A stretch of 62,966 nt of DNA, filler included, from Octopus bimaculoides (lineage: Eukaryota): the NCBI RefSeq assembly GCF_001194135.2. It is 7 parts of 7 records of this genome, joined end to end, with 100 filler letters (N's around TTAATTAATTAA, not from the genome) between each part and the next. Parts side by side here need not be neighbours in the genome. Positions count along the whole stretch, not along the records: positions 12,816 to 32,681 come from NC_068984.1; 6 more parts are not named here. One strand, written 5' to 3'. Shown in pieces: positions 13,700-23,932 of this stretch (positions within the stretch are counted from its first letter, which is position 1; each line of letters opens with the position of its first letter). The notes beneath the pieces are model-generated. The model ran no database searches, was not told the origin of the DNA, and saw only the letters and a list, made by a program, of their open reading frames with translations. The translations under genes were made by a program, and so were the position numbers.

Positions 13700-14015
13700 T
13701 ACATATCATTATGGCATCCAGTCTCACCATTAGCCAATAAAAGAAGATAATGCATTGGGCTAAGATAAATAAGAGATCCTTGTTGGTGGTGCATTTCTTA
13801 GATGCATGTCTTGGTGCATGTCTCTGTTTTCTGGAAGAGTTCCATTTTTACCAATAAACACAGCAGCAATTTTATTACATGTAAGAAAATTGTAATATCT
13901 AATGTCAAGGCCTTCATCTGCAGTGCAGTTTATATATTCAGGGAACTGTATGTTTTTTTTTTCTTTTTGAATGTATATGTCTGTTTCTGCAACTCTGCCA
14001 AATACATAATTTTGG
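13700..14015 (-). mobile_element. Helitron Rep fragment
   Basis: GLDIRYYNFLTCNKIAAVFIGKNGTLPENRD...RISYLS resembles the Helitron D.RRYN.PT.NEVAAVF.G..G.PP..RD...RIS motif. Confidence 0.75.
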
Positions 14016-14029
14016 CTCTTTGGTAACTG

Positions 14030-14428
14030 TTCCTTAGCGATATTTCGTCTGTCTTTATGTTCTGAGTTCAAATTCCGCCGAGGTCGACTTTGCTTTTCAT
14101 CCATTCGGCATCGATAAATTAAACACCAGTTACGCACTGGGGTCGATGTAATTGACTTAATCCCTTTGTCTGTCCTTGTTTGTCCCCCTCTATGTTTAGC
14201 CCCTGGTGGGCAATAAAGAAATAAAAAACGTTAGCATGCCGGACGAAATGCTTAGCGGTATTTCGTCTGTCTTTACGTTCTGAGTTCAAATTCCATCGAG
14301 GTCGACTTTGCCTTTCATCCTTTCGGGGTCGATAAATTAAGTACCAGTTGCGTGATGGGGTCGATCTAATCGACAGCCCCCCCCTCCCCCAAAACATTTC
14401 GGGCCTTGTACCTAGGGTAGAAAAGAAT
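14030..14428 (+). mobile_element. Tandem SINE family C pair (Tx1-tailed unit followed by headless unit)
   Basis: Two copies of the GAGGTCGACTTTGCCTTTCATCC core with different tails; junction near 14226. Confidence 0.85.
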
Positions 14429-14687
14429 ATCATATTTCAGGGTTGTTTCCTCTGCCTTTCTAAACTTAACAAAGCTAATGGAACATTTTCTCTTCAATAC
14501 AAATGTTTTAATTTTAGTTACTTAAACAATTTTGGTTCACTTCAATAAGTATGTTAGCACCAACTTAAGTATATTTCTTTTCTATGAAGGAGGCAATTCT
14601 AGAATGAAGTACTCCCCTATTCCCTATCATTCATTCAAACATAAACATATATGAAAAATAGAGAAAAATAAAACTGTGTATACACAC

Positions 14688-14857
14688 CTGGTTTTAACAC
14701 GGCTATCTTCAGGTTTCTCCAGATATACAATAGCTTGATTGTTGCTGGTTACTTGCAAAACTGTGTCGATAATATGTAAAATTCCATTTACGGCATTGAG
14801 GTTTGACCGTATAATGCGAGCACCATTGATGTAGATTTGTTCAGTGTTATCAGAATT
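14688..14857 (-). CDS. FAS1 (fasciclin)-domain secreted protein, coding exon 4
   Basis: Acceptor TCTTTTCTCTTCAG, donor CAG|GTGTGT; 170 nt, phase 0 to 2; NSDNTEQIYINGARIIRSNLNAVNGILHIIDTVLQVTS... contains the FAS1 H2 motif. Confidence 0.93.
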
Positions 14858-15024
14858 CTGAAGAGAAAAGATTTATAAAATGAATGAATGAGTGGGTGAC
14901 TGGGCAGAAAGCAGAATAGATAGACCAAGGGACAGAAGAATAGAAAGATAGTTGGGAACGAGTGGTAAAAAGAAGTTTTGTCCTATGTCTTTGTAACATA
15001 CAAGTGTAAAAAATTAAGTGTCTA

Positions 15025-15230
15025 CTCTTTTACTTGTTTCAGTCATTTGACTGTGGCCATGCTGGAGCACTGCCTTTAGTCGAGCAAATCGACCCCCAGA
15101 ACTTATTCTTTGGAAGCCTAGTACTTATTCTATCGGTCTCTTTTTGCTGAACTGCTAAGTTACGGGAACGTAATCACACCACCATCAGTTGTCAAGCGAT
15201 GGTGGGGGGGGGACAAACACAGACACACAA

Positions 15231-15271
<41 letters not shown>

Positions 15272-15432
15272 TACAACGGGCTTCTTTCAGTTTCCGTCTA
15301 CCAAATCCACTCACAAGGCTTTGGTCGGCCCAAGGTTATAGTAGAAGACACTTGCCCAAGATGCCACGCAGTGGGACTGAACCCGGAACCATGTGGTTGG
15401 TAAGCAAGCTACCTACCACACAGCCACTCCTG
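15025..15432 (-). mobile_element. SINE family A, complete
   Basis: Reverse complement of the 12048 copy, with internal (TA)/(CA) repeat. Confidence 0.9.
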
Positions 15433-15740
15433 CACCTGTTATTTGTTGTATTTTACAGCCCAGTAAGCAGAATGGAATGATGAAGGTAAATACAACTGAG
15501 TAAAAGAGCAAGCACTCAATATACAAAACCATGACCTAATTCTGCTTCCTGATTGAAACCATTCCACACAAATATGGTACAAATAATCCACTACAATGAT
15601 AATCCTCACATATTTACGCCTTACACTACTTAGCATATAATGTAATACATTATATATATATATAGATAAATATGTAAACATACGTAGTCTTACTAATTAA
15701 GCTCAATAAACCAATTGAGAGTAAGTGATCAGGAAGTAAG

Positions 15741-15930
15741 CCTTATACATTTTGAGTTTTCCCTGTACCTTCTGAGTCTTCCCTATATTGTTTGGGTCTT
15801 TCTTGTATCTTTTGAGTCTTGCCTATACATTTTGAGTCTTCCCTATACATGTTGAATTGATCTTGTGCCTTTTAAGCCTTGCCTATGCATTTTATGTCAT
15901 GCTTATACATTTTGAGTCTTCCCTATACAC
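15741..15930. repeat. Degenerate ~20 bp minisatellite, consensus CCCTATACATTTTGAGTCTT, about 9 copies
   Basis: Periodic TTGAGTCTT and CCTATACAT words. Confidence 0.8.
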
Positions 15931-15954
15931 TGTGTTTTGTAAAGCATCATTCAA

Positions 15955-16100
15955 AGCAGCAAGCATGACTGAATGGTTAAGAAGTTTGCTTCACAATTAC
16001 AAGGCTTTAGGTTACATCACACTGAGCAAAACCTTGGACAGGTGTCTTCTACCATAACCTTGGATCAACTCAAATCCTGTGTTAAAATTGAGAAGAAACT
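15955..16100 (+). mobile_element. SINE family A head, old copy
   Basis: Diverged match to 1101-1262. Confidence 0.65.
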
Positions 16101-16299
16101 GGTCGGAGGTATTTAAGATATATAATTTAAGGGTTTAGCTTTATTATACAATATCGCCCTGATTCTGCCTTGTTACTGTGTTAATCTAACAAATGTTTGT
16201 AAAATACTCAGTCACTTTCACCATAATTCAACAAGCAAATAAGTCAATTAATCAAACTGCTGGAACACTCATTGTCAAAACTGGCATGAGATCCATTAT

Positions 16300-16642
16300 T
16301 TTTATGTTACCAGCGTTGCCTTCTAGCACTTGTGCTGGTGGCATGTTAAAAAAATCATCCGAGCGAGGTCGTTGCCAGTGCCGCAGAACTGGCTGCCGTG
16401 CAGGTGGCACGTAAAAAACACCTTTTTGAGCATGGCAGTTGCCAGTACTGTGTGACTGACCCTCGTGCCGTTGGCACGTAAAAGCACCCACTACACTCTC
16501 GGAGTGGTTGGCGTTAGGAAGGGCATCCAGCTGTAGAAAGTCTGCCAGATCAGATTGGAGCCTGTTGCAGCTTTCTGGCTTGCCAGTCCTCAGTCAAATC
16601 GTCCAACCCATGCTAGCATGGAAAGCGGACGTTAAACGATGA
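16300..16642 (+). mobile_element. RTE-type 3' tail repeat
   Basis: Shares about 200 bp with 12816-13045; internal GGCACGTAAAA repeats. Confidence 0.75.
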
Positions 16643-16984
16643 TAACAGAATATTTACAAGGTTTCTATACCTAAATCATCAAGTACTGATCAGATGCTCT
16701 CATTAATTTGAGTGATGAGAGTGATGTGTAATTAATTGTGTTGATGTATGTTGCATCGTCATTTATTTTGTACATTGCAGAATGTTTATAAGGTTTTAAG
16801 TCCCACAGGAAGACTTTAGACAGGTATAGCATAATAAGCTGAGAGTCTCAGAATCGCTTTCTGAGTATTTTCTCTCATTTTAAAATTATTTCTACTTACC
16901 GATTTTACTNNNNNNNNNNCTGACCTAAAATTGTAAATTTTTCCTTATTTCGTTTTGAAAAGAAGGTAGAAAATGCCAAGGAAA

Positions 16985-17370
16985 TGTTATTTGTAAGCAG
17001 GTCAAGCCCTGATCTAGAACACTGGCGATCAAAGCTGTGATGATCACTTTTTTTTTTTTTCAAGCATGGTTTATCCACAGCTGCATTATGCATGGATTTT
17101 TTTTCCTTAACAAGATAGCAAGATGTGATTTGAGGGAGATATGGCTGCTATTTCCAGCAGTTTAAGCAATCAAAAAGTCAATGAAATTGCTTAAGTTGCT
17201 AGAAATAGCAGCTAAATCTCCTTCAGATTATAGCTTATTATTTTGGTACTGGAAGAGCACATTGCATAATGTAGTTCTGGATAAAAAATACCAAATGTGA
17301 TGTTCATAGCTTCAATGCCTTTGACCATAGTTCTGTAAAGATCAGGGCCCTAACGTGCCACTAAATAACA
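16985..17370. mobile_element. Palindromic (fold-back) MITE-like element, 386 bp
   Basis: Arms symmetrical about 17178; central arms 17129-17170 and 17186-17227 are 35/42 complementary; outer TGTTATTT/AAATAACA, GCCCTGATC/GATCAGGGC and TTTATCCA..CATTATGCA motifs pair at matching distances. Confidence 0.7.
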
Positions 17371-17404
17371 GCAAAAGGAATGGCTAAAAAAAGGTACTAC
17401 TTAC

Positions 17405-17511
17405 GGTATTTAAACTCGGTCTTGAAGTAAATAAAAGATTCTGATTTTTGCTATTGCTTTTTAGGATGCCATTGTTTATTATTTCAGAACTTTGGATCCT
17501 CCTATTGTATA
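17405..17511 (-). CDS. FAS1-domain protein, coding exon 3
   Basis: Acceptor TTTTTTTAAATTTCCAG, donor ACC|GTAAGT; 107 nt, phase 1 to 0; (V)YNRRIQSSEIINNGILKSNSKNQNLLFTSRPSLNT bridges exons 2 and 4 in frame. Confidence 0.9.
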
Positions 17512-17884
17512 CTGGAAATTTAAAAAAACTGGAGTCATTTTCAGACAGTTATTTTTTAAGTAAACAGCTTTTTCAAAAAAAAAAAAAAAAAAAANNNNNN
17601 NNNNNNNNNNNNNNNNNNNNNNNNNNNNNNNNNNNNNNNNNNNNNNNNNNNNNNNNNNNNNNNNNNNNNNNNNNNNNNNNNNNNNNNNNNNNNNNNNNNN
17701 NNNNNNNNNNNNNNNNNNNNNNNNNNNNNNNNNNNNNNNNNNNNNNNNNNNNNNNNNNNNNNNNNNNNNNNNNNNNNNNNNNNNNNNNNNNNNNNNNNNN
17801 NNNNNNNNNNNNNNNNNNNNNNNNNNNNNNNNNNNNNNNNNNNNNNNNNNNNNNNNNNNNNNNNNNNNNNGTGTGTGTGTGTGT

Positions 17885-18100
17885 GTGTGTGTGTGAGTGT
17901 GTTTGTCTCCTACCACCTCTTGACAACTGGTGTCGGTTTGTCTACGTACTTGTAACTTAGTGATTCGGCAAAATAAACACCAATAGAATAAATACCAGCC
18001 TTAAATAAAAAAAAGTACTGGTGTCGATTTCTTCGACTAAACTCTTCCAGTAGGTACCCAAGCATGGCCGCAGTCCAATGACTGAAACAAGTAAATGATA
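17885..18100 (+). mobile_element. SINE family A, 3' half
   Basis: GTTTGTCTCC...CTTGACAAC...CAGTCCAATGACTGAAACAAGTAAA; head probably lies in the preceding gap. Confidence 0.8.
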
Positions 18101-18262
18101 AACGATTATCCCATTGGGGTTTTCGCCTTTAAAATGCTCAGTAGTGTGAATATCGTTGCGTAGATATTGTTTATCATGAGTTATTGCTCTTACACTTTGA
18201 ACAGTATATAAAACGAATGCTTTTTCCTTTTAGCTTTTGCTTTTCTGGTGTTTGGGGTTTAA

Positions 18263-18482
18263 CCCTTTAGTGTTTAAACTGGCCATATCTGGCCAGAATA
18301 TTATCCTTGTTTTATGTTCAAACTTATGAGATTCAGCCTCTCACACCTACCCTACAATGTCATTCTAAAGATAAATAATCATATCATCAAAATCTTGAAG
18401 CTATGAGACAAGGCACAATTAATTCAAAACAATATGAATAAATAAATATTACATTTGACAAAGTAATCTAAACACTAAAGGG
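18263..18482. mobile_element. piggyBac-type MITE, 220 bp
   Basis: Perfect 14 bp TIR CCCTTTAGTGTTTA / TAAACACTAAAGGG flanked by TTAA at 18259-18262 and 18483-18486. Confidence 0.9.
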
Positions 18483-18659
18483 TTAAATTGTTGGGTTTTT
18501 TTTTCACTGAAGAACACGGTAATTTGGATGGAGTTTTTTCTCTTCCGAATCAATACTGAAGATTAAGTGAACACAGTTGTCTAATATCAACCTGAGATTG
18601 TTGCTTTGTAATGGCCTATTATTTTACATTTAACAAGTAGCATTTGAAATAATTGTAGT

Positions 18660-18815
18660 TGCATGGATTGGACGGAATTTATTGAAGCAGATTTTCTAGT
18701 CAGATGCTCTTCCTATCACTATTACTCGTTTCCAAGCAAGGTAATACTTCCTCACGTGACATACTCTCACTGTATATTGGAAATGGACGACACAGCTTGT
18801 TTGACAGTAACCACC
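18660..18815 (-). mobile_element. RTE-type 3' tail, second family, decayed
   Basis: Collinear with 13165-13345. Confidence 0.55.
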
Positions 18816-18874
18816 ATTTTACTACAGCTATTATATGATGTCAAGACAAACACATATACACACAAACATAACTA

Positions 18875-19600
18875 CTACTCTAAGGCCTTCGACTGTGTGA
18901 GACACAGCAAGCTGCGGGACGTCATGACGGACATAGGATTTTCTGAACACTGAGTCGCACTGCTGACGTGACTATATCAAGATCAACAGTCATCTGTCAG
19001 GACGACCGTCGGTGACACCGAGTGGTTCGGCATTGAGAGGGGTGTCCGACAGGGATGTGTTCTGCCTCCATATCTGTACAACATCTATGCAGCAAACCGC
19101 CTAAGAGTGGTGAAGGAGAACTACGACGGTGGTGTGCAGACTGGCGGAGAAAGGCTGTACAATCTGAGATACGCTGATGACACAACCCTCATAAGTAATA
19201 GCAAGGACGAATTGCTGCAGATGATACGCAAAGTGAAAGACATGAGTGCACTGAGTGACCTATTCCTGAATGTAAAGAAGACAAAGATCTTGGTGGTGGA
19301 TAAGTACAGGACAGACGAAGGTGACTTCACCGTAGACGGAGAGATGATTCAGGAAGTGGATGATTTTGTGTATTTGAGATTCACAGTCAGCACCAGTGAA
19401 TCAAGTACAAGATACGGAGAAGTCACGCGATCATAACTGGCAAGGTGAACGGCAGATGTAAAAGAGGCAGACCATCCACCCCTTGGCTGAAAGACATCGC
19501 AGCCACAGGATTGTCTTTATTCTCAGCTGTCCATGGGGCAGAGGACAGGAGAGGAGAAGGTAGCAAGACATCGTAATGATCACAGCATCGCATAGTGCGA
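18875..19600 (+). mobile_element. RTE-clade LINE reverse transcriptase fragment with internal deletion
   Basis: YSKAFDCVRH...GVRQGCVLPP...NLRYADDTTLI...FLNVKKTKI...VDDFVYL, then jumps near 19410 to ITGKVNGRCKRGRPSTPWLKDI; stops present. Confidence 0.9.
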
Positions 19601-20239
19601 CACCTGACTATATATATATATATATATANNNNNNNNNNNNNNNNNNNNNNNNNNNNNNNNNNNNNNNNNNNNNNNNNNNNNNNNNNNNNNNNNNNNNNNN
19701 NNNNNNNNNNNNNNNNNNNNNNNNNNNNNNNNNNNNNNNNNNNNNNNNNNNNNNNNNNNNNNNNNNNNNNNNNNNNNNNNNNNNNNNNNNNNNNNNNNNN
19801 NNNNNNNNNNNNNNNNNNNNNNNNNNNNNNNNNNNNNNNNNNNNNNNNNNNNNNNNNNNNNNNNNNNNNNNNNNNNNNNNNNNNNNNNNNNNNNNNNNNN
19901 NNNNNNNNNNNNNNNNNNNNNNNNNNNNNNNNNNNNNNNNNNNNNNNNNNNNNNNNNNNNNNNNNNNNNNNNNNNNNNNNNNNNNNNNNNNNNNNNNNNN
20001 NNNNNNNNNNNNNNNNNNNNNNNNNNNNNNNNNNNNNNNNNNNNNNNNNNNNNNNNNNNNNNNNNNNNNNNNNNNNNNNNNNNNNNNNNNNNNNNNNNNN
20101 NNNNNNNNNNNNNNNNNNNNNNNNNNNNNNNNNNNNNNNNNNNNNNNNNNNNNNNNNNNNNNNNNNNNNNNNNNNNNNNNNNNNNNNNNNNNNNNNNNNN
20201 NNNNNNNNNNNNNNNNNNNNNNNNNNNNNNNNNNNNNNN

Positions 20240-20285
<46 letters not shown>

Positions 20286-20519
20286 GATTAGAGTAAAAAT
20301 GGAAAAGCAAACTGTTTGGCATCACTTGTAAAAGTCATCTAATTTTTTTTTTTACAGCTGTTTCTAGTATAGCCAAGCGTGTGGATCACCGTATTGAGTG
20401 AGGATTTCAAAGACTGAGTATACCGTCATCAGAGATGTAAATGTGAGGGAAAGTTTCCAATTGAGGATATTAGTATATTCCAGTTTGTGAAGAATGGGGG
20501 AAGGACCAGAGTAAAATAG

Positions 20520-20880
20520 GAATGCGTATGCAGATCCATGATCAAATGAAAAATAGTTCTCATTTGAAGCTGCTACTGGATATTACCAGTGTTTCAGCAG
20601 CACATTGAAGAACCTAGTCTTGAAAATCTTCCCTTGCAGCAGTATTTTCAATGCTGGACAAGCAAGTCTGAAGCTCATTCCTCAACACAGCATCATATAT
20701 CTTATGTACATTCAGATGCTGAGGAATGCCAACTGGCCCTCTTCTCTCTTTCACTTTAATTATCATCCAGAACTTTGCTCACACCAGACTGTGGTCTGTC
20801 CAGCATTCCAATCCATGTAAAGACTTGACATTACAAATGTCATAGATGTCACGCTTGCGAATGATGACATAATACTAGTC
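20520..20880 (-). mobile_element. RTE-clade LINE, endonuclease end/linker fragment
   Basis: GLECWTDHSLV*AKF...LNVHKI resembles the RTE GA.CWTDH.L motif; several stops. Confidence 0.6.
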
Positions 20881-21346
20881 AAAGTAGGTGCATAGGCACT
20901 TATTAGAGTAGCATTATAGTTTTTAAAAAGCAGCTATTAAAATCGAACTGCTCTCTTCAAAACTTGCACTAAGAATAAGGACAAGGTAAAATTAATACAT
21001 GCTTTTATAGCAAGTTGAAGAAGGTATTTTATACTGCTTCCCTCTGACTTTTATTTCATGCAATTGAAAAATATGCATTATTTATGGGATGACCCAATAT
21101 ATATCTTCTATTCAAATTTTTAAAGAACTTCTGCATTTAAACTGAATTTAAAGTAATACCATATTGACAGGGTACCAATAAATGATTAATTATTATCGCT
21201 CTTTTTGGTTTGTGGCTCAGGTCAAATGAGCCCTCCACAGGAGTGCAGCTTTTAAGCTAGTATAAAATAAAGGAGAAAAAGAGGAAAAAAATGTGAAGAT
21301 ACTGTGGGTATACCAATTTAATAAGGTATGATGCCCAAGCTAAATG

Positions 21347-21860
21347 TTAGTGAGAGTTGGAAGTAGTTGTTTTACTGCACTTAGACCTGTGGTAAAACTT
21401 GAATGGCTTTAAAAATTTGTGGATTAACATAGAGGCTCCATGCTGCTTGTTTAATAATAGTGTAGGATTATGTGACAAGATTAGCTGGGATTCCTTCAAA
21501 TACAGCCAACATGGGACATGTTGGCCTTGATATGGAGGACCTGAGTCTATGACAGACCAAGTTATGTTATGTGATATAATCTTTGTCTTAAGGTAGTGTG
21601 TATGCTTTGTGAGAGAAGAGGATTTGCAATGTTTTTCATATTTAAAAGAGTTTAAATGTGCAAAGCATCTTTGTTTGAAATTGATAGCAGCTCCATTATA
21701 AAATTTGGTAGAGTTTTGAAGTTTATTAATGACTGTGCACTTGTAGACCACATTAAACTTCCTGTAGTGGGCTTGCAATGGGCATTCAATCACAGCTCTG
21801 AAATTGCAACTAGATTTGTTTGGCATAGAGGTATTTCTGCTATGTGAATTGGAGAATGCC
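21347..21860 (-). mobile_element. Penelope-like element, GIY-YIG endonuclease fragment
   Basis: CNFR..ECPLQ...NVVYKCTV...KFYNG...FKQR...H..SF...ITWSVID...LLNK follows the PLE GIY-YIG pattern. Confidence 0.85.
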
Positions 21861-21964
21861 AGATTAGAAGGAGCACTATGGTTTAAGGCAGTTCCTTCCA
21901 ATCTGCTTTTGCTATATACATTGTTATAGATATCATTTTGTACTGTTATTATAGTATTTCCTCT

Positions 21965-22115
21965 GGCTCTTTATGTTCTGAGTTCAAATTCTGTTGAGGT
22001 CAGCTTTATCTTTCATCCTTCTGGAGTCAATTAAATGAGGTACCAGTCAAGTTACTGGGATTTAAAGTATTGTCTAACTCATTCCACTTAAAATTACTGG
22101 CCTTGTGCCTAAATC
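21965..22115 (+). mobile_element. SINE family C, 5'-truncated, diverged
   Basis: TTCTGAGTTCAAATTC...CTTTCATCCTT core. Confidence 0.7.
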
Positions 22116-22369
22116 AGAAACTTTTATTATTTTTGTTATTCTCATCATCACCACCAACACCACCACTATCACCTTTTGTTATAAACATAATTCATGAGTT
22201 TCAAATGTAACTTTATATTGACAAACTCCAATACTTTATATTCAACTTTATGGAGAATGATAAAAGGAAAGAAAGAGAGAGAATCATCAAACCCTATACT
22301 GAGCTGGTACATTAATTATTGACTCAATTATACCTTCTCTTCTGTAGCTCCACTAAACCATTAGAGTTC

Positions 22370-22560
22370 TTAGTCTTGTGAGCATCCACTACACTCTGTA
22401 AAGTGGTTGGCATTAGGAGAATCTAGCCATAGAGACCATGCCAAAGCAGATAGACATTGGAGTTCAACACAGTTCCCCAGCCAGCCAGATCCAGTCAAAC
22501 CACTCAATGCATGTCAATATGGAAGATAAACATTAAAAGATGATGGTGGTGGTAGTCACA
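22370..22560 (+). mobile_element. RTE-type 3' tail, old copy
   Basis: CACTACACTCTG..AGTGGTTGGCATTAGG...AAACATTAAAAGATGATGG resembles 12816-13045. Confidence 0.55.
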
Positions 22561-22619
22561 GACAAAAGAAGACATCAGAACCTTTGCAAGTCCTCCAAAT
22601 GCAGTGAGATTGATATTGT

Positions 22620-22880
22620 TACTTAATATTCTAATTGAACAACTCTAAGTCAATGGTTTTAGAAAACACTGAATGGAGAGTGAATTCCAAAGAATTACAG
22701 TTCTGTAGGTAAAGTACTATGTGTGCAACCTAGGAGATGAGGCACAGTAAGAGTGAGAGATGTGCATCTAAAAAGTTCAAAGGGGAAAGGACCTTTGTTG
22801 CAATAATAGAGGAGATTCAGAGAGAAAACTGAGTGTTGCCAATTAGTTAAATACAGATTTCATAGAGTGTAATGTATGCG
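22620..22880 (-). mobile_element. CR1-group LINE 3' fragment, decayed
   Basis: RTVILWNSL followed after a frameshift by SVFSKTIDLELFN, matching RT..LWNSLP..VF...DL..FK. Confidence 0.5.
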
Positions 22881-23020
22881 TGTGTACCCACAACACCATT
22901 CTGGAACATAAATTAACTTGGAATTTTGTGCAAATGTTTTCATTTAGATCATTTTAAAACATGAAATTTATATCACAAATTCAGGGGCAATCTCAGATAG
23001 TTTGGTATCAAAAGGGTTAA
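22880..23020. mobile_element. Possible piggyBac-type MITE right end
   Basis: Ends ...TATCAAAAGGG|TTAA; no left end found. Confidence 0.35.
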
Positions 23021-23170
23021 TATATTTATGGAGTCAACCAGGTTTATAGGAAGAGAAAGTGAGTCACTAATTGCCTGTAAACTACTGATCAAATTCACCT
23101 TTCCCTTCCACTAGTACTTTGTCTATTAACACACACTCGTTACTTTTAAATTTAAGTTAAATTTTGTTAC

Positions 23171-23342
23171 CTGTAAAGAATTTCACAAAATATTCCAAAT
23201 CTTTCTCACTCATAGATTCAATACTGGTCTTGCGTTCAGGTGGAAGTTCAAAATAGGCTTTGTCGGTGAATGCAAACACAGTTCTGGCAATATTGCTTGT
23301 GAAGCTTTCTTCTATTTTTGCCTTTTGTATAAATCCTGAAAA
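23171..23342 (-). CDS. FAS1-domain protein, coding exon 2
   Basis: Acceptor TTTTTTCTTTGTCAG, donor CAG|GTAACA; 172 nt, phase 0 to 1; FSGFIQKAKIEESFTSNIARTVFAFTDKAYFELPPERK...LEYFVKFFT contains the H1-like TVFAFTDKAY. Confidence 0.92.
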
Positions 23343-23378
23343 CTGACAAAGAAAAAAGAAAAATGTGTTTATGTATGC

Positions 23379-23414
<36 letters not shown>

Positions 23415-23845
23415 TATTTGTAGCTTCCAATAGAATTGCGGTATTTTAATAACAAAGAGGCCAAGGTAGAGTCGAGGGTAGCACACCTGTGTATTAACAG
23501 TGTGTATGGACACTTATGTACTTACTAAAGCATATAGGGATTTGTTCTTCCAGTTATACATACATCCACAAACCAAATACATCCAATGTATGCACAAGAT
23601 CACATAAAAGTATACTCCGGCATGCAGTCTGCAGTTCTGTATGTGATATAGTATAAATAATAATACAAATGAGCTAAGGTTCACTACAGCTGTTTCAGAC
23701 ATGTTTTTCTTATTGATGAACAAATCAAATGTATCATGTAAAAACATTGTTTCCTTCTTATTTGTTCGTCAATATAAAACTAGCTTGAAACAGCTGTAGT
23801 GTATGTATGTATGTATGGATAGATGGATGCATGTATGTATGTATG

Positions 23846-23929
<84 letters not shown>

Positions 23930-23932
<3 letters not shown>

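Noticed and set aside
15741-15930. Regularly spaced repeats as a possible CRISPR-like array (also 24347-24413, 34668-34730, 61420-61700)
   Set aside because: Direct tandem units without unique spacers, eukaryotic context, no cas genes.
17465-17559. Plus-strand exon-like segment DAIVYYFRTLDPPIVYWKF with AG/GT ends
   Set aside because: Overlaps the minus-strand exon 3, which fits the FAS1 frame on both sides; no partner exons.
23519-23640. Minus-strand segment ending in GTAAGT, with one frame containing a lone TGA (possible selenocysteine)
   Set aside because: Exon 1 splices in frame directly to exon 2; no known selenoprotein motif and no SECIS identified.
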